This document shows, one piece after another, positions 10,929 through 22,959 of a stretch of DNA of 64,000 nucleotides; the first letter of the stretch is position 1, and each line of letters begins with the position of its first letter. The notes under the pieces were generated by a model. The model was not told where the DNA came from and searched no databases. It saw only the letters and a program-made list of their open reading frames with translations. The position numbers and the translations under genes were made by a program. The DNA is from Marsupella aquatica (taxonomy: Eukaryota; Plantae; Marchantiophyta): the NCBI GenBank assembly GCA_973895155.1, contig OZ316892.1, forward strand, positions 8,477,251 to 8,541,250. The letters run 5' to 3'.

Positions 10929-11963
10929 TCATAAAACATACTCATCATTGAGTAAATCAGCTTCTCCATCAGCCCTAGCCACATTTGCCGATGAAGTTTC
11001 CGCTGCCTTTCCCTTACAGTCTCGCTTGAAATGTCCAACTTGGTTGCACTTCCAACATGTCACCTGCCTCCTCTGAGGGGATTTACCCTTGGACTTAGAT
11101 CTGGATTTAGATCTAAACTGGGTTCTACGGTCCCCAGTTGGTCGCTGCATACTCCTCCCACGGTTAACATTGAGGGCAGCACCAGATGATGAAGGCTGTG
11201 ACGTGATGTGCATCTTCTGCTGAAGATCATCACTAAGCAGAGAACTTACCACGTCATTGTATGAAATGGTATCCCTATCACAATGCAACAACACTAGTGA
11301 TAGGGACTGGTAAGATGGAGGCAATGAACTAAGAAGCTGCAGAGCCTTCGTCTCATCATTCAAAGTCTCCCCAAGGTTTTCCAAGTCAACGACCATGTCG
11401 TTGAAAGCATCCACATGGTCTTGCAACTTCGTACCAGATTCCTTCATCCTGAAACTCATCAGTTTGTAGGAAGTGTAGAGCCGGTTCGACAACTCCTTAC
11501 GGTGATACTTGCTCTGCAATTCCGCAAACAAGGACATGCAATCCTTATGTGCACCTAACTGCTTGATGATGGGAGGCATGAGATAGAGTGTAACACACCA
11601 CACTCCCTGCTCCTGCATGCGGTCCCATTGTTTCTCATCAACATCGTCTTCACGAGGGCTCAGCAGTTGGCCCATCCCTGACGCATAAAGCACTCCCTTC
11701 ACCTGCTTCTCCCATAGCAAGTAGTCAGAGCGCCCATCATACTTTGTCACTTCATACTTGGGTCCCCCAAGCTTGAAAGTCCCCATCTTCTTCTTTACCG
11801 TGAGCTCCGGTAGTAGTACTGCTTCCTCCACCACACACCGCACCAGTGATGGTATCGGTGTCACGTGCTCTTCCTCCTGCTCCTCTCTCTGCCCCTGAAA
11901 CCTCCGCGGTGATCCTCGTGCTTCAAGTTCCACGTCTTCGAAAAACTCCTCCGAATCACTCAT
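10929..11963 (-). CDS. Copia Gag (UBN2-type domain, CCHC zinc knuckle), ending in a TGA in frame with pol
   Basis: KYDG..DYLLW, LLSSLPPSY and CWKCNQVGHFKRDC motifs. Confidence 0.9.
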   Translation of the reverse strand: MSDSEEFFEDVELEARGSPRRFQGQREEQEEEHVTPIPSLVRCVVEEAVLLPELTVKKKMGTFKLGGPKYEVTKYDGRSDYLLWEKQVKGVLYASGMGQLLSPREDDVDEKQWDRMQEQGVWCVTLYLMPPIIKQLGAHKDCMSLFAELQSKYHRKELSNRLYTSYKLMSFRMKESGTKLQDHVDAFNDMVVDLENLGETLNDETKALQLLSSLPPSYQSLSLVLLHCDRDTISYNDVVSSLLSDDLQQKMHITSQPSSSGAALNVNRGRSMQRPTGDRRTQFRSKSRSKSKGKSPQRRQVTCWKCNQVGHFKRDCKGKAAETSSANVARADGEADLLNDEYVL

Positions 11964-13102
11964 ATGAGAAAGTCACAAAAAATGTTGTTTTTCACAACTT
12001 CTCAAAAAACTCGAAACTCAACACCGCCGTGTAGCCCACAAAGCTAGGAGTCCAATATTGAAAACCAAAATCAAAATTGAAATTTGACGGAAAAGTTATT
12101 CAAATTTCGGTCGAGGTGGGTAAAACCTTGGGAAACTCCCCCGTTTTGACCACCTCAGGGAATAACCGAAATACCAAGTACAACCCGTTGTCGGAATTGC
12201 GATGTGATTGGTGCGCTGCATTGCCAACTTCAATGGCTACGACCTCGCCGAAAAATAACCAAAAAAGTTACCGTTCGGCGGATGAAATCTTTGTCGGACG
12301 GTCAAAAAATAGCTCTCTGGTTTTTTGGAATATTCTATGACCCTTGTACAGGCCCTGTGGGAATTTTGGAAGAACAATCGAGGGGCTGACATGTGTCCTC
12401 GAACCCCCAAAACCCCCTACCACCCTTCGTCGTCGAAATCTGGTCGCGCGCGCAGAAAATACACACGGCAGAATGTACCCCTCGACACCAAACGCAAGAT
12501 ATCTCACTCGGGTTTTGACGAAATCAAGATCCGATTTCAGATCTGGAAACTAGACTCCGAGGCAATGAAGATCGATATAAGAAGCACCCAAAACGAGGAA
12601 AGAACGAGGGAAAAAAAATTGGTAAAGATGACAGATTTCTCTCAATTGCCATAGCCAATTTCGAATCAGTTTTTCAAAGAGAAAAAAATGGTACCTTGTC
12701 AACAACGAATGTTGATCAATTGCACTTGGTGCCGTCACCAAGTCCAACAAGGTAATTGATTTTGCTTAGCCTTCCTCTTTGCATCAAAGAGCCAATCCCG
12801 GACTCAAAAACAATCGTCTTGCCTCAATCTCTCCGTTGAGTCAAAACACTTGACACTTCTCCCTCCGAGTCGATTGCCAACTTTCTTCACAAAATCCAGA
12901 ACGACGAAAACTTAGATCTCTCTGCACCACGAGCTCCGTTCAACGATTTCTTCACACCGTTAGAAAGCTCTTGCCCTGATCTATCCGTTGAGCCCATAAA
13001 CTCCAAGTTCCATGCGATGGAACTCTGGAAAATCCACCAACACTCAACGCTGGAAAAACCGTCATGAAATCCCGTCACGAACACACGTCACCTCCCAAGC
13101 AT

Positions 13103-13114
13103 GCTCTGATATCA
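13103..13114 (-). other. Primer-binding site for initiator tRNA-Met (one mismatch)
   Basis: Minus strand TGATATCAGAGC versus canonical TGGTATCAGAGC, 2 nt inside the 5' LTR. Confidence 0.85.
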
Positions 13115-13116
13115 AT

Positions 13117-13537
13117 TGTTGAGCATAGACGACGATCGCAACGGCAAGCCCATGAACCATCCAACGCACAATAGTCGACACAAGAGATACGTGGTTCACC
13201 TCCTTGAGGCTACGTCCACGGGAACACACAAGAGAGCTTTACTGAACTCTAAGCCCGTCGGCTATACCGAGTCTCCACAGTGTAAGCTCTCCCTATCTCT
13301 CAAGTGGCTCCATAACAATGAGCCTTGGTTCTACCTCTCCAAGCACACATGCCTCTTATGATATAGTGTGCAACTTAGTTGTACCTAACCACATAGTTGT
13401 ACCTAATCACGTAGTTGTACATAACCACATAGTTGTACCTAATCACGTAGTTGTACCTAACCACGTAGTTGTACCAACCCACGTTGTTGTACCAACCACG
13501 TCATACCTAACCTAGACGTAAGAGTAAATACCCAACA
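13117..13537 (-). repeat. 5' LTR of the copia element
   Basis: Near-identical to 7044-7464; followed by the CAAGC TSD. Confidence 0.97.
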
Positions 13538-13926
13538 CAAGCCGCATAGTATCCCCAATTAGCTCATTGCTGTTTAGAAGAGGATGTGAATAATATATAA
13601 AAAGGTCAACAATAATTTTTAGAATTCAAATGTGCCCTCCTTTATGAAACCTGTTTGGGAACCTCATTGCATTTAGGTTTATTTCTTGACATGTCCTTGT
13701 GCCGGTTGTTCTTGCTGTTTCTACTCGTGTCCTTGTTAGTGTTCCTCTCCTATGGCTACCTTGAAAGATGTGCAAACTACAACAAAGGAGTGACCAAAAA
13801 TTATCATTGGGTCAATTCAAATTTATGCTTGCAATTTGGCATGTATTAGACAAAATAATTCAATCTACTTAACAGATTCTATTTTGTTCAAGATGGAAGT
13901 ATTCATTTTGATTTTATGGATCTACA

Positions 13927-14053
13927 TTATTGTTTATCAATTCTAGTCCTCTAACTATGTGTATACATTACAAGTTCCAACTCCAGTACGTTATTGTTTA
14001 TCCTAAATTCTAGTACTCTAACTATGTGTATACATTACAAGTTCCAACTCCAA
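13927..14053. repeat. ~64-bp tandem duplication
   Basis: ttattgtttatc..aattctagt.ctctaactatgtgtatacattacaagttccaactcca x2. Confidence 0.85.
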
Positions 14054-15660
14054 CTCTCTGTATTGTGTTGAGGCCGTGGGGCAAACAATTCACTTGACAT
14101 TGTGGTTGTAATCTAACTTATTTGGCAACACAGGAAGACAACAACCATAGAATATCCTATGTTTTATAGTGACTTTGTGATGTTATAAGAACTAAAATTG
14201 TGTCATAATAACTTTTGACATGAAATGGTACCTTGTGTGGCCCAAGCTACATGGGGACAAAATATTCATAGTTATTAATTAAGAAAAAAAGTTTAAGTCA
14301 ATTAGGTCCTAACTGACATCGCCTTTCACTAATCACAGTGACATCACTTCTCTTAACTCCAGTAAAGACTTCACGGGTCTTCTTTTAATTGGTATTTGCA
14401 AAGGGCTCGTCTTCCAGCTGCAATAATGAGACCTTATTCTCTTTCCAAAGGCACCTCCACTAGACGCCGAGTCATCATTAATGAACCGGATAAGAAGTTT
14501 GGCGATACCACAAATTTAGCCTGATCTTGTATCCAATAAAAATACGTACAGTATATCGTCTTTGTGTACACATGCCGTATTTAATACTGGGTCGGTATTT
14601 ATCCCCATCGTGCTGACGTAAGGAGTCTCGACCCTCGTGAAAGCCCACACCTACCACGTCAGCACCGGATAACTGCAGTCATTCTTGCCCGTGTTCTGTT
14701 TCCATCTCAACAGCATTATTTTGCCGGTAGACGTGACCTTAGTGGCGGGAGCGCATTGGCTTAACTCCTCGTGTCCATGCTGTACTGGATGTGTATCCCG
14801 TCACGGCGGTCAAATCCAAAGTAGGCGCATGTTTCCCGCGGTTGTCCTGCGAACAGGGACCCCGAGATGATCCCGAGATCTACGGCAGAGGTGGTTCGCT
14901 GTCGCTGACGATGGAATCGAACCGTCGACGCCCGATGAGCATGATAGATTAATTTAGGATTAGTCACTAATTATAGCAAAAAATATGTATATACTGTGAC
15001 ACTCGGTGAATGCAACCGAATGCAAACCATAGATGAAGCGAAATCCTCGAATGTAACCGCAGTCGAAATTGAAGGCATTGTTTGACTACATGCCGGGATG
15101 GACTAGAGAAACCCAGATGGACACCAGAGGAAGCATTTGTTTGTACTCAAATCATGTTTTTTCCTTGGGAAAAACTTCCATAATTTTCTGGTCGGTTCAT
15201 CCGGGTTGCAGGGTTCACAGAGTGGTCCATTGTAGCATCAGTTCTTAATGAAAATCAGTAAAGTAATGTCAAATTAGTCCCTAATTCCAAGGAAATATAT
15301 GATTTAAAATGTAGGTATTAATACAGGCATCCCTTCAGCTCCCAGATCTACGGCAGCTGTGGTTTGATGTTGATGAAGATGGACGCAAGCTCTCGAAGCC
15401 TCCTGTTATAATAATCTTGTTTTACTCAGAGTAAATGATTGCCTAATTGGTCACTAGTGCTTTTGGCTTCAAAGATTGGTCCACTTTGGCGATGTACTTC
15501 AGTGACGAAGTCAAGGAAAGATATATGTAAACCTTTGCAAAAGAAGCCAGGTTGGACCACTATGTTTCACTAACAACTCCAATGGACTGTTGTAGCCTGC
15601 ATAGACCGATAGAACCATGCTTTGAATCAAAATAGAAATTTTCCTTTGATCACATTTTGG

Positions 15661-17041
15661 GAGATATATACTTAGTGGATCTCCAAATGTAACTTTTTCT
15701 CTTAATGGACCAAAAGTGCACACGCCCTCCCAGTGGACCCCAATGTTTAGATTCTCTCCCAATGGACCCCAGGCCCACTCCGTACAAGCATGTTCTTATG
15801 AAACACCTTGCCACACAGTTCAGGTCCACTGCATACCTTGTGGACACCATGGTTGGTCATGTGTAGTAGGCCGTCGATAACGTCGCAGTCCACAAGCGTC
15901 GTAGCCCTGGTCGCAATCGAGCGCGGCAACATGATAGCTTCCTAGTTTTTGTGAATACAATATAGCTATTGTATTCAAACTACAATAGCCGCAATCTAGA
16001 ACAATCGGAAGAATACAACATGGTCAATGTATTTACTCTACGCATGCAATGACACGTCGCGATTCTAGGTTGCGTCTGCTTTGCTTCTAGGTTGCGTCTG
16101 CTTTGGATACAGAGTGGACACTGTATTCAAAGATTGCACCTAAACAAAGTTAGGATTCCCCTGCCTTACATACAGGCAATAAGGCTTGCTCTAATCAACA
16201 AAACCAAAACCTGTTCAACATAGAACGATAAATGTGTGTCTTGCATACAATATGCATGTTGTATGCACATTTCCCCCGACTTTACGATGAAGACACCCCC
16301 TTGTCGAAGCCTTCCCAAATGGACAAAACTTATCATATTACAACACAAAAATATGATTTGTCATGTATACACTTTGCATGCTGTATTCAGGTTTTCACAC
16401 TTAGGAAAAAATTTGTCCCTTCGACTTTACGGAGATGCCCCCCCTTCCCCGCCGAAGCCTGCTCAAATGGGCAAAACCTATTGTATTTCAACATAGAAAT
16501 ATGATTTGTCATGTATACACTTTGCACGCTGTATTTAGATTTCACACTTAGACAAAAACTTTGTCACGTACTCTGACTTTAAGAAGACACCCCCCTCTAA
16601 AGCCTGCCCAAATGGACAAAACCTATTGTATTACAACACATAGATATGACTTGTCATGTATACACTTTGCAAGTTGTATTCGGATTTCACACTTAGGAAA
16701 AAATTGTCCCTCCAACTTTACGAAAATGCCCCCCGCCAAAGTGACGGTTTATGCTTGTATGCATTGTGGTCAATGTATACATTGTGGGATACATTGATTC
16801 ACTCAGAACTGCGATCATAGTCGACCGCGTTCGGCGATGCGGTCGGACACTAAAGAACAGTAGAACATGCTGCGTTTTACAGTGACAATCTTGCGTTATA
16901 AGAACTGCACAATGTGTTAGAAGAACATCTCACACAAAATGGCACCTCTGGTGGGCCCGGAGGTCCATTGGGAGGGCGTGTGCAACTTTTGGTCCATTAG
17001 GAAAATAAGTTGCATTTGGAGGTCCACTAAGTATATCTCTC
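15661..17041. mobile_element. Complete non-autonomous Mutator-like (MULE) DNA transposon
   Basis: ~80-bp TIRs starting GAGA (gagatatatacttagtgga... / ...tccactaagtatatctctc), perfect 10-bp TSD CACATTTTGG (15651-15660 and 17042-17051), no transposase. Confidence 0.9.
16250..16740. repeat. ~145-bp tandem repeats (~3.5 copies) inside the MULE
   Basis: aaatgg.caaaac.tat..att.caaca...atatga.ttgtcatgtatacactttgc..atttcacacttagg at ~16317, ~16466 and ~16610. Confidence 0.9.
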
Positions 17042-17149
17042 CACATTTTGGGTCTAAAAAATTGCTAGGTACATCTGAGTTGCATGGTTGCACATTCTGG
17101 TCAATCCGAGGATTCCTCTGTCGGTCAATGATCACTTGGAATTTTTGCC

Positions 17150-17770
17150 CGACATATTGGATCCTGATGATGCTACACTTCATCTTGGGAAACTTACAGA
17201 GATTGCCAGGGCCGGGTGGAATCCTGGTGGAGTTCTTTTTGGCCCTATGGGCGGTTGTTGGCCCTTTGTTGCATGCTATTCATATGCAGGGTATAAGGAC
17301 CTGACGCTTCAACAAGGTCTTCACTTGGGGAGCCATCCTTTTGGTGCCTAAGCTTGGTGATCTGAGATTTTTCAAGAATATATAAGCGGCTATCACTGTG
17401 CTCAATGGAATGTTCAAGATTTTCTCCAAGTTCGCTAGCCCACAGCAAAGTGACATTCTTTCCAGCTTGTTCCATTCATCAATCCTGATGCTTACTGACA
17501 GGGCATTGCACTCTGCTTCATCTGCTGTGCAAAAGATCAATTTATTCAACTAGTTTCCATTTTAGATGTGCATATTAAAGCTTTTGATTCTCTTGAGGGG
17601 ACTCTCGGGTTGAAGCTGCATGAAACATATGGTTTCGGGCCCAATTTTCTCAACTGCATTAGAGCAACCTTTACTGCATTCTCATCTAGAGTTATTCAGG
17701 AGAGCAAGTACACTAAAGAGTTCCCCAACTCTAGGTCCACCAGGCATGGATGCACTTGGACAACTTCTTG
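17150..17770 (+). mobile_element. Decayed L1-type LINE reverse transcriptase remnant
   Basis: Fragments LPGPGGILVEFFLALWAVVGPLL (cf. SPGPDG...EF...W) and KAFDSLE..YGFGPNFL.CI..F..SRSTRHGC (cf. KAFD..W..GF...RQGCPLS); frameshifted. Confidence 0.75.
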
Positions 17771-18519
17771 AGTTTGCAAATTGAAGCTGTGCATTCTAGT
17801 GGTGCACCTGCATCTACAGGTTCACTTGGTGTGGTTTTTACCCAGATGATATTCAACTGATTGTGAAGACAGCCCCCCATATCTAGACTACAATCAACAC
17901 ATCCTTCAGCAGTTTGCGGAGGCATCTTACCTTCCCATGGTTTGTAATCGACCTACATTTCCCTTATATGACTGAATCTTGCAACTATGGGGAAGCAGAG
18001 TGGAAGGCCTCACAGCCCCCCACTCCGCTTTTGGACTTGAGGAGTTACCCTGAAGCGACGTTACCCTGAAGCGACGAGGGGCTGAGATTGTCTCCACATT
18101 TTTTGGACATCGATGGGAAACCATAGCTAGACGGTGATGGAAAATGGCTCAGTACCCGTCCACCGTCACAAGTGTTTGGTTCACTGTTGGGTAAAAGATT
18201 AGCTTTCATGTTTTAGGCAATGTGAGGGCAGAGAGCATCAACTTGATTTGAGGGCTGATGGAACTGGGTCCTTATTAGCCTAAACTCAAGATCTTCAACT
18301 TTCCTGGAAATTAGCTAGTCTGTACCATATCAAAATGAAAAGAACCCATATTGACCTTTGATGCAATCATTTTTTGGAGACTTGAGAGCAGAAATCATCC
18401 ACCCAATTTGAGGGCGAATGGAATGGAGCTGCTGCCCTCCTCAAGACCTAGAACTTTCCTAGAGCTTCATAACCAAACTACCAAAGGGAACAAATCTCTA
18501 TTGACTGTGTCTGCAAAAT

Positions 18520-19240
18520 ATCAACACAAACTGACAAGATTCTAGAAATTACCAATAGGCCCATAAGAATTCTGTTACCCATTTGGTGGGTCCGGCCAAG
18601 TCCAGAACACAGGAATTGAGGGGCTTGTTTACCAGGCTCCTCTAGTCTAGCAATAATCAGAACCTAATCTATGATCCTTGGGAATTAATTAAGACCATAA
18701 ACTCCTCATGAGCATGGGTTAGTCTAAACTATACATCTGGAACTCTCCCACAGTTCGCCTACCCATTTGGTATTGGATCAAAGGGATCAAACCCCTATTA
18801 ACCGTCCATGCGAAATATGACACAACTGACAAGATTCTAGAAATTACCAATAGGCTCGAGAGAATTCCATTACCTTACATGGTAGGGCCCGCCACATGCA
18901 GGATGCGCCGATGCGGTAAACTAATGAGGGGCTCTGCTGGTAAATCAGAACCCAATCTGACCATTACCCTAGACTCAAGATCCGGAGCTTTCCTAGAAAT
19001 ACTCCCATCCGTACGGAACCACACCAACGCGAACAAACCCCTATCAACCTACGATGTTCCACATCCAAGCATCCAGAAATTCTCCCATCCGTACGGTACC
19101 ACACCAATGCGAACAAACCCGCTATCAACCGTCGATGCTTCACAACCAAACATCCACACCATCTTACACAAGATTCTAGAAATTACCAATAGGCTCGAGA
19201 GAATTCTGTTCCCTTTCTCAGTGGGCCCCGCCCAGTTCGG
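18520..19240. repeat. Degenerate ~300-340-bp repeat units with an internal 80-bp duplication
   Basis: acaagattctagaaattaccaataggc at ~18534, ~18829 and ~19168; cccatccgtacgg.accacaccaa.gcgaacaaaccc at ~19004 and ~19084. Confidence 0.8.
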
Positions 19241-20637
19241 AACGCAGTAGAAAAATAGTGAGGGATTCGTTTACCGGGAAGGGCTGGTAACAGTCAGAGC
19301 CTGGGATCTACCACAAGTAACTTACTGTACCGAATTGGGTGTGGGAAACTTATCCAGAAGCTGACGTCTATATTTGGGCAGATGGACGAGACTTTCCATT
19401 CATCGATCGATCTTCGGACACTGGAGTCTCTTTGCGGTCAAGTCTGTACTCTGTCTCTCTATGTTCCTCTCTGTTTCTCTAGAGCCTACCGCTGCTCCGA
19501 CTTCGCCTTCACTCCACCAACGAATTCTGATCGATTAGCGCTTTCTTCACCGCCCACCCACTCACTCACCTACTCCGATCGGTCGATCGATCAGAGCTTT
19601 GTTGCTGTGTGCCAGAGCTCTCTGCGTCTCTATTCTCTCTCTCTGTCCCTCTCCATTTGGGCCAGTTTTATGTGCGGCTTCAATTGGTTCACGGCATTGT
19701 CTCTGCGCGTTTGATTGCATCAGGGCATCCGTCGCCGTTTGCCTATAATCGGACTGCAGATTCGCTGCATGTTCTCTGATCTCCTATTCTCTCGCCATTT
19801 GCCTGAAATCTGTCTCCCCGATTCTCTTCACCACCTTTGATCTGATCTGCTGTCCTCTCGGCGTTTGGATCATCACGGCAGCTGGTCCCGTTTGGGAGTT
19901 ATCTGTCTTCCGATTCTCTGGACCGTCTTGGATCTGCTGTGCTCTCGCCAGTTGCTTCACCTCATTGCTTCTCTCGATTTGGTTCATCAGAGTCCCCACT
20001 AGGTAACAATCTGGGCCCCCCATGATTTGCTGCATCGGCCTTCTTTGATCTGCTCGGTGTGGTAGCCATTTGTTTGACTTCGTGGTTTGCTTCAGCGCGT
20101 TGTGTCTCTCCATTTGCTTCTTCGGATTGTGACCCCCTGTCTGGTATACCATCGTTAACGGTCCCGCTGCGCTCTTTCCAGTCACTTCCTTCGCTGTTCT
20201 GCCTCTCCATTTGCATCAAGATCTCAAATCTTCAATTATTGCGTTGCCGTCCTGCCTTTCGCTCCAACGACTGAAGTTTCTCAATTCGCTTTACCTCATT
20301 GGATCTGCTTTGCTCTACCCACTTTGTCCTGCATCAATTATAGATCTTCTTGGCTCGGCAATTTCTGAAGGATCCTGTCGAGCATTGTTTCCAAGATTTT
20401 CGATTTTCTTTTTCTGTTGTCCTATATCTCTGTGAAATCACTTTCCGTCCATTGCGTTCTCTATCTTCGGATTCTTGTTGGGCGCGTTCGGGAATACCAT
20501 CATTTTCCCTTGTTTCTTGGGGTGTTGTTGTCTGTTACGTGTGGGAAAGCTGTTGAATGACCCTGTAATTGGTGCATTGATCGGTTTATCGGAGAGAATA
20601 TTGATAAGAGTTTGGAAACAGTGATCACAGGCGGAAG

Positions 20638-22486
20638 ATGGGTCTCCTGGATAAGCTTTGGGATGATGTTCTGGCCGGACCTCAGCCAGAGAAGGGGCTA
20701 AGCAAATTGCGTCAACGACAGGGCGGTGTTACAGAAGGTACCGTACAATATCTGCCTGCTGCATTCCTAGTTCGTAGCTATTCCTTGATTTCGATTGCAA
20801 CTTCCAGAGTAGGAATGCCATTGTTCTTTTAGATTTTCTCTCCAGTTGTATTTGACGCTAGTAATCTAAAGCAATGGTGCGGACTTGATAGGCTGGCTAG
20901 ATCCGACTTGCAATTGGCAATTGGCGATTACGCATTCCTTGATTTATTCTGAAATGGGTGTTGTAAAACTCGAGGATGTAGCTACCGCAGTGAGCTACCA
21001 AGCCATTGCACATGTGAACAGTAGTTGTGGTGCGGTGCTAGGAGCTTCTACCAGGCACTTGGCAAGGGTTTATCCCCTTGTTTAGCGTCACTGCTGCAGA
21101 TGGGACCCTTTGTTCTCAGCTTAGTTGAAGGATTCGAGTAGAAGGAATGGGAGGGCAAATACCCAAGGGGTGCTGCCATAAGGTATTTGACCGGATAGAC
21201 ACTCACTAATTCAGAAATTAGTGAACCTCTGCAGGTCACAAGTACAAATTCATGTGAACTCTCCAGATGTAATAGGTCTTCATTGCGAAGGTGCCTAATT
21301 GTACACAGTGAAAGCTTCGGCCTCTGTCGGTGCACATAGTCTTAGATTTGCGCTTGACACGGATATACACCGAAATCCCTTCTCCCTGGTTCAATTGCTT
21401 CATCTGGATGTGCAGTGCCTAATTGCCTCGGATTTACTGCTACCCACAGGTTTGGAGTCGGTTCTAAGCATGATGGATGACCGCCGCCGAAGTGGTGAAT
21501 TTCAGCGAAGTGAAGCCGAAGCACGCCGCCACACTCAGAGTATCTCAATCAAGAAGCCCCCAATGATACAGACTACTTTCGATTACAGCGATTCCCCTGT
21601 TTCTTCGCCCGCTGCGTCGAGCCCAATGGCTTCTCCTGGTGAGCACAATTGGCCTACTGGAAACAGTTAGGATTGTAGAGAGTGAGAGCGACCCAGATCG
21701 ACAAGTGTCGGAACTGATTGCTTCTACAGTTTAGACCCTTGAACGAAGAATGAACAACCGAAGGATCTTTGATTTAATGTGAACAGAAGGGGATCAAAAT
21801 TTGATGGCATTGCTGTTCCATGTGATCTTTCTGCCAACCAGAGCCTATCTCAATACGCCATTGACTGTAATGAGATGTTTCTGAAACGAGGAGATGGCCC
21901 CAAGTAAAATTCTCAGAATCAGCATAACCTCTTTAGATCTTGAAATCTTAACAAGGTAGCCAATTGCAGAGTCTTGCAAAAGATTGAAGCTGACAAATAT
22001 TGTAGAGATGCTCCACATAGGCCATACATTGGCCAGGCAAGTAGGTTGTGTTGGCCATTGTAGATCGTGTGTGGTAGAACCTAAGGATCAGAATTTGATG
22101 GAGGAACTTATATGCAATCGGAACCGAGGTCTTAACCCCGTTGCTGATCCTGTCCTGGATCCACAGCCACAAGGGAGAGAGACAACATCTGGCGCAGTGT
22201 CTTTCACCCTGGCAACAACAGGGCTATGGACACAATGGGTTCCGCCAGTCCCAAATCTCCCAGCGTGTATGACTGGTGAGAAAGCATCTCTTTTTAATGA
22301 AACCTACTAATCAAGGAAATTTTCCGCGTTGCCTGTTGCCCATTGCTCATTTTAATGTAGCTTGATTTGAGCCACATATCGTAGCAGTCTAGCTGTTTCT
22401 ATTGGCGACGCGTTCTGACAGACTTAAACCAATTGGCCTATTTCTATCGATATTGCAGGGTGGTCATCTCTGCCCTGGACAAGTGA
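20638..22486 (+). CDS. DRM1: Dormancy-associated / auxin-repressed protein (DRM1/ARP family); exons 20638-20737, 21450-21638, 22167-22275, 22459-22486
   Basis: MGLLDKLWDDVLAGPQPEKGLSKLR; TQSISIKKP; DNIWRSVFHPG; SPSVYDWVVISALDK. GT-AG introns have consistent phases. Confidence 0.92.
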
Positions 22487-22959
22487 GAGGTCGTGACACT
22501 GGCGCTTGCTCAGAGGCGACCTATGGCCTATAAAATGTTCGGCGACTTATATATGTCCTCCGAAAAACTCCACGGACCTGCATTGAAGATCCTTAAGCGA
22601 CCCCATAGAAAAGGAGGGAATACCGTTACAGACTGGAGTTTCCAAATCTGACGAGAAACGTTTGCCTCGTGCGTGTGCAAGCTTTTCACCACGCATGGGT
22701 GCAGGTTGTGCAGGCGGATCAGCAAGCCTCATTATCGCTGAGATAACTCTAAGCGCATGTACAAAGGGAGAGCTAATGAGCCGACTTTGCATTCTCAAGA
22801 GCTGAGTGTTTTGGTCAAGGCGGGTTGTCCCTATCTCTGTGTGAGAGCCCATTAGCTCCCAATGTTTTTCGCTCCTTGTACATGAAGGGCTGCAAACGCC
22901 CAGAGAACTGTAGAGTAGGAAAAGTTGCTGCCATACAGGCGCGGCAAATACCTTTTGTA

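Larger units (their letters stand above)
7044..13537 (-). mobile_element. Full-length Ty1/copia LTR retrotransposon (Tnt1/Tork-like), recent insertion
   Basis: Two 421-bp TG...CA LTRs, 5-bp TSD CAAGC (7039-7043 and 13538-13542), PBS and PPT, domain order gag-PR-INT-RT-RH. Confidence 0.97.

Noticed and set aside
19784-20219. Minus-strand ORFs of 133 and 85 aa
   Set aside because: They are antisense to a CT-rich leader, which is naturally poor in stop codons; no homology recognised.
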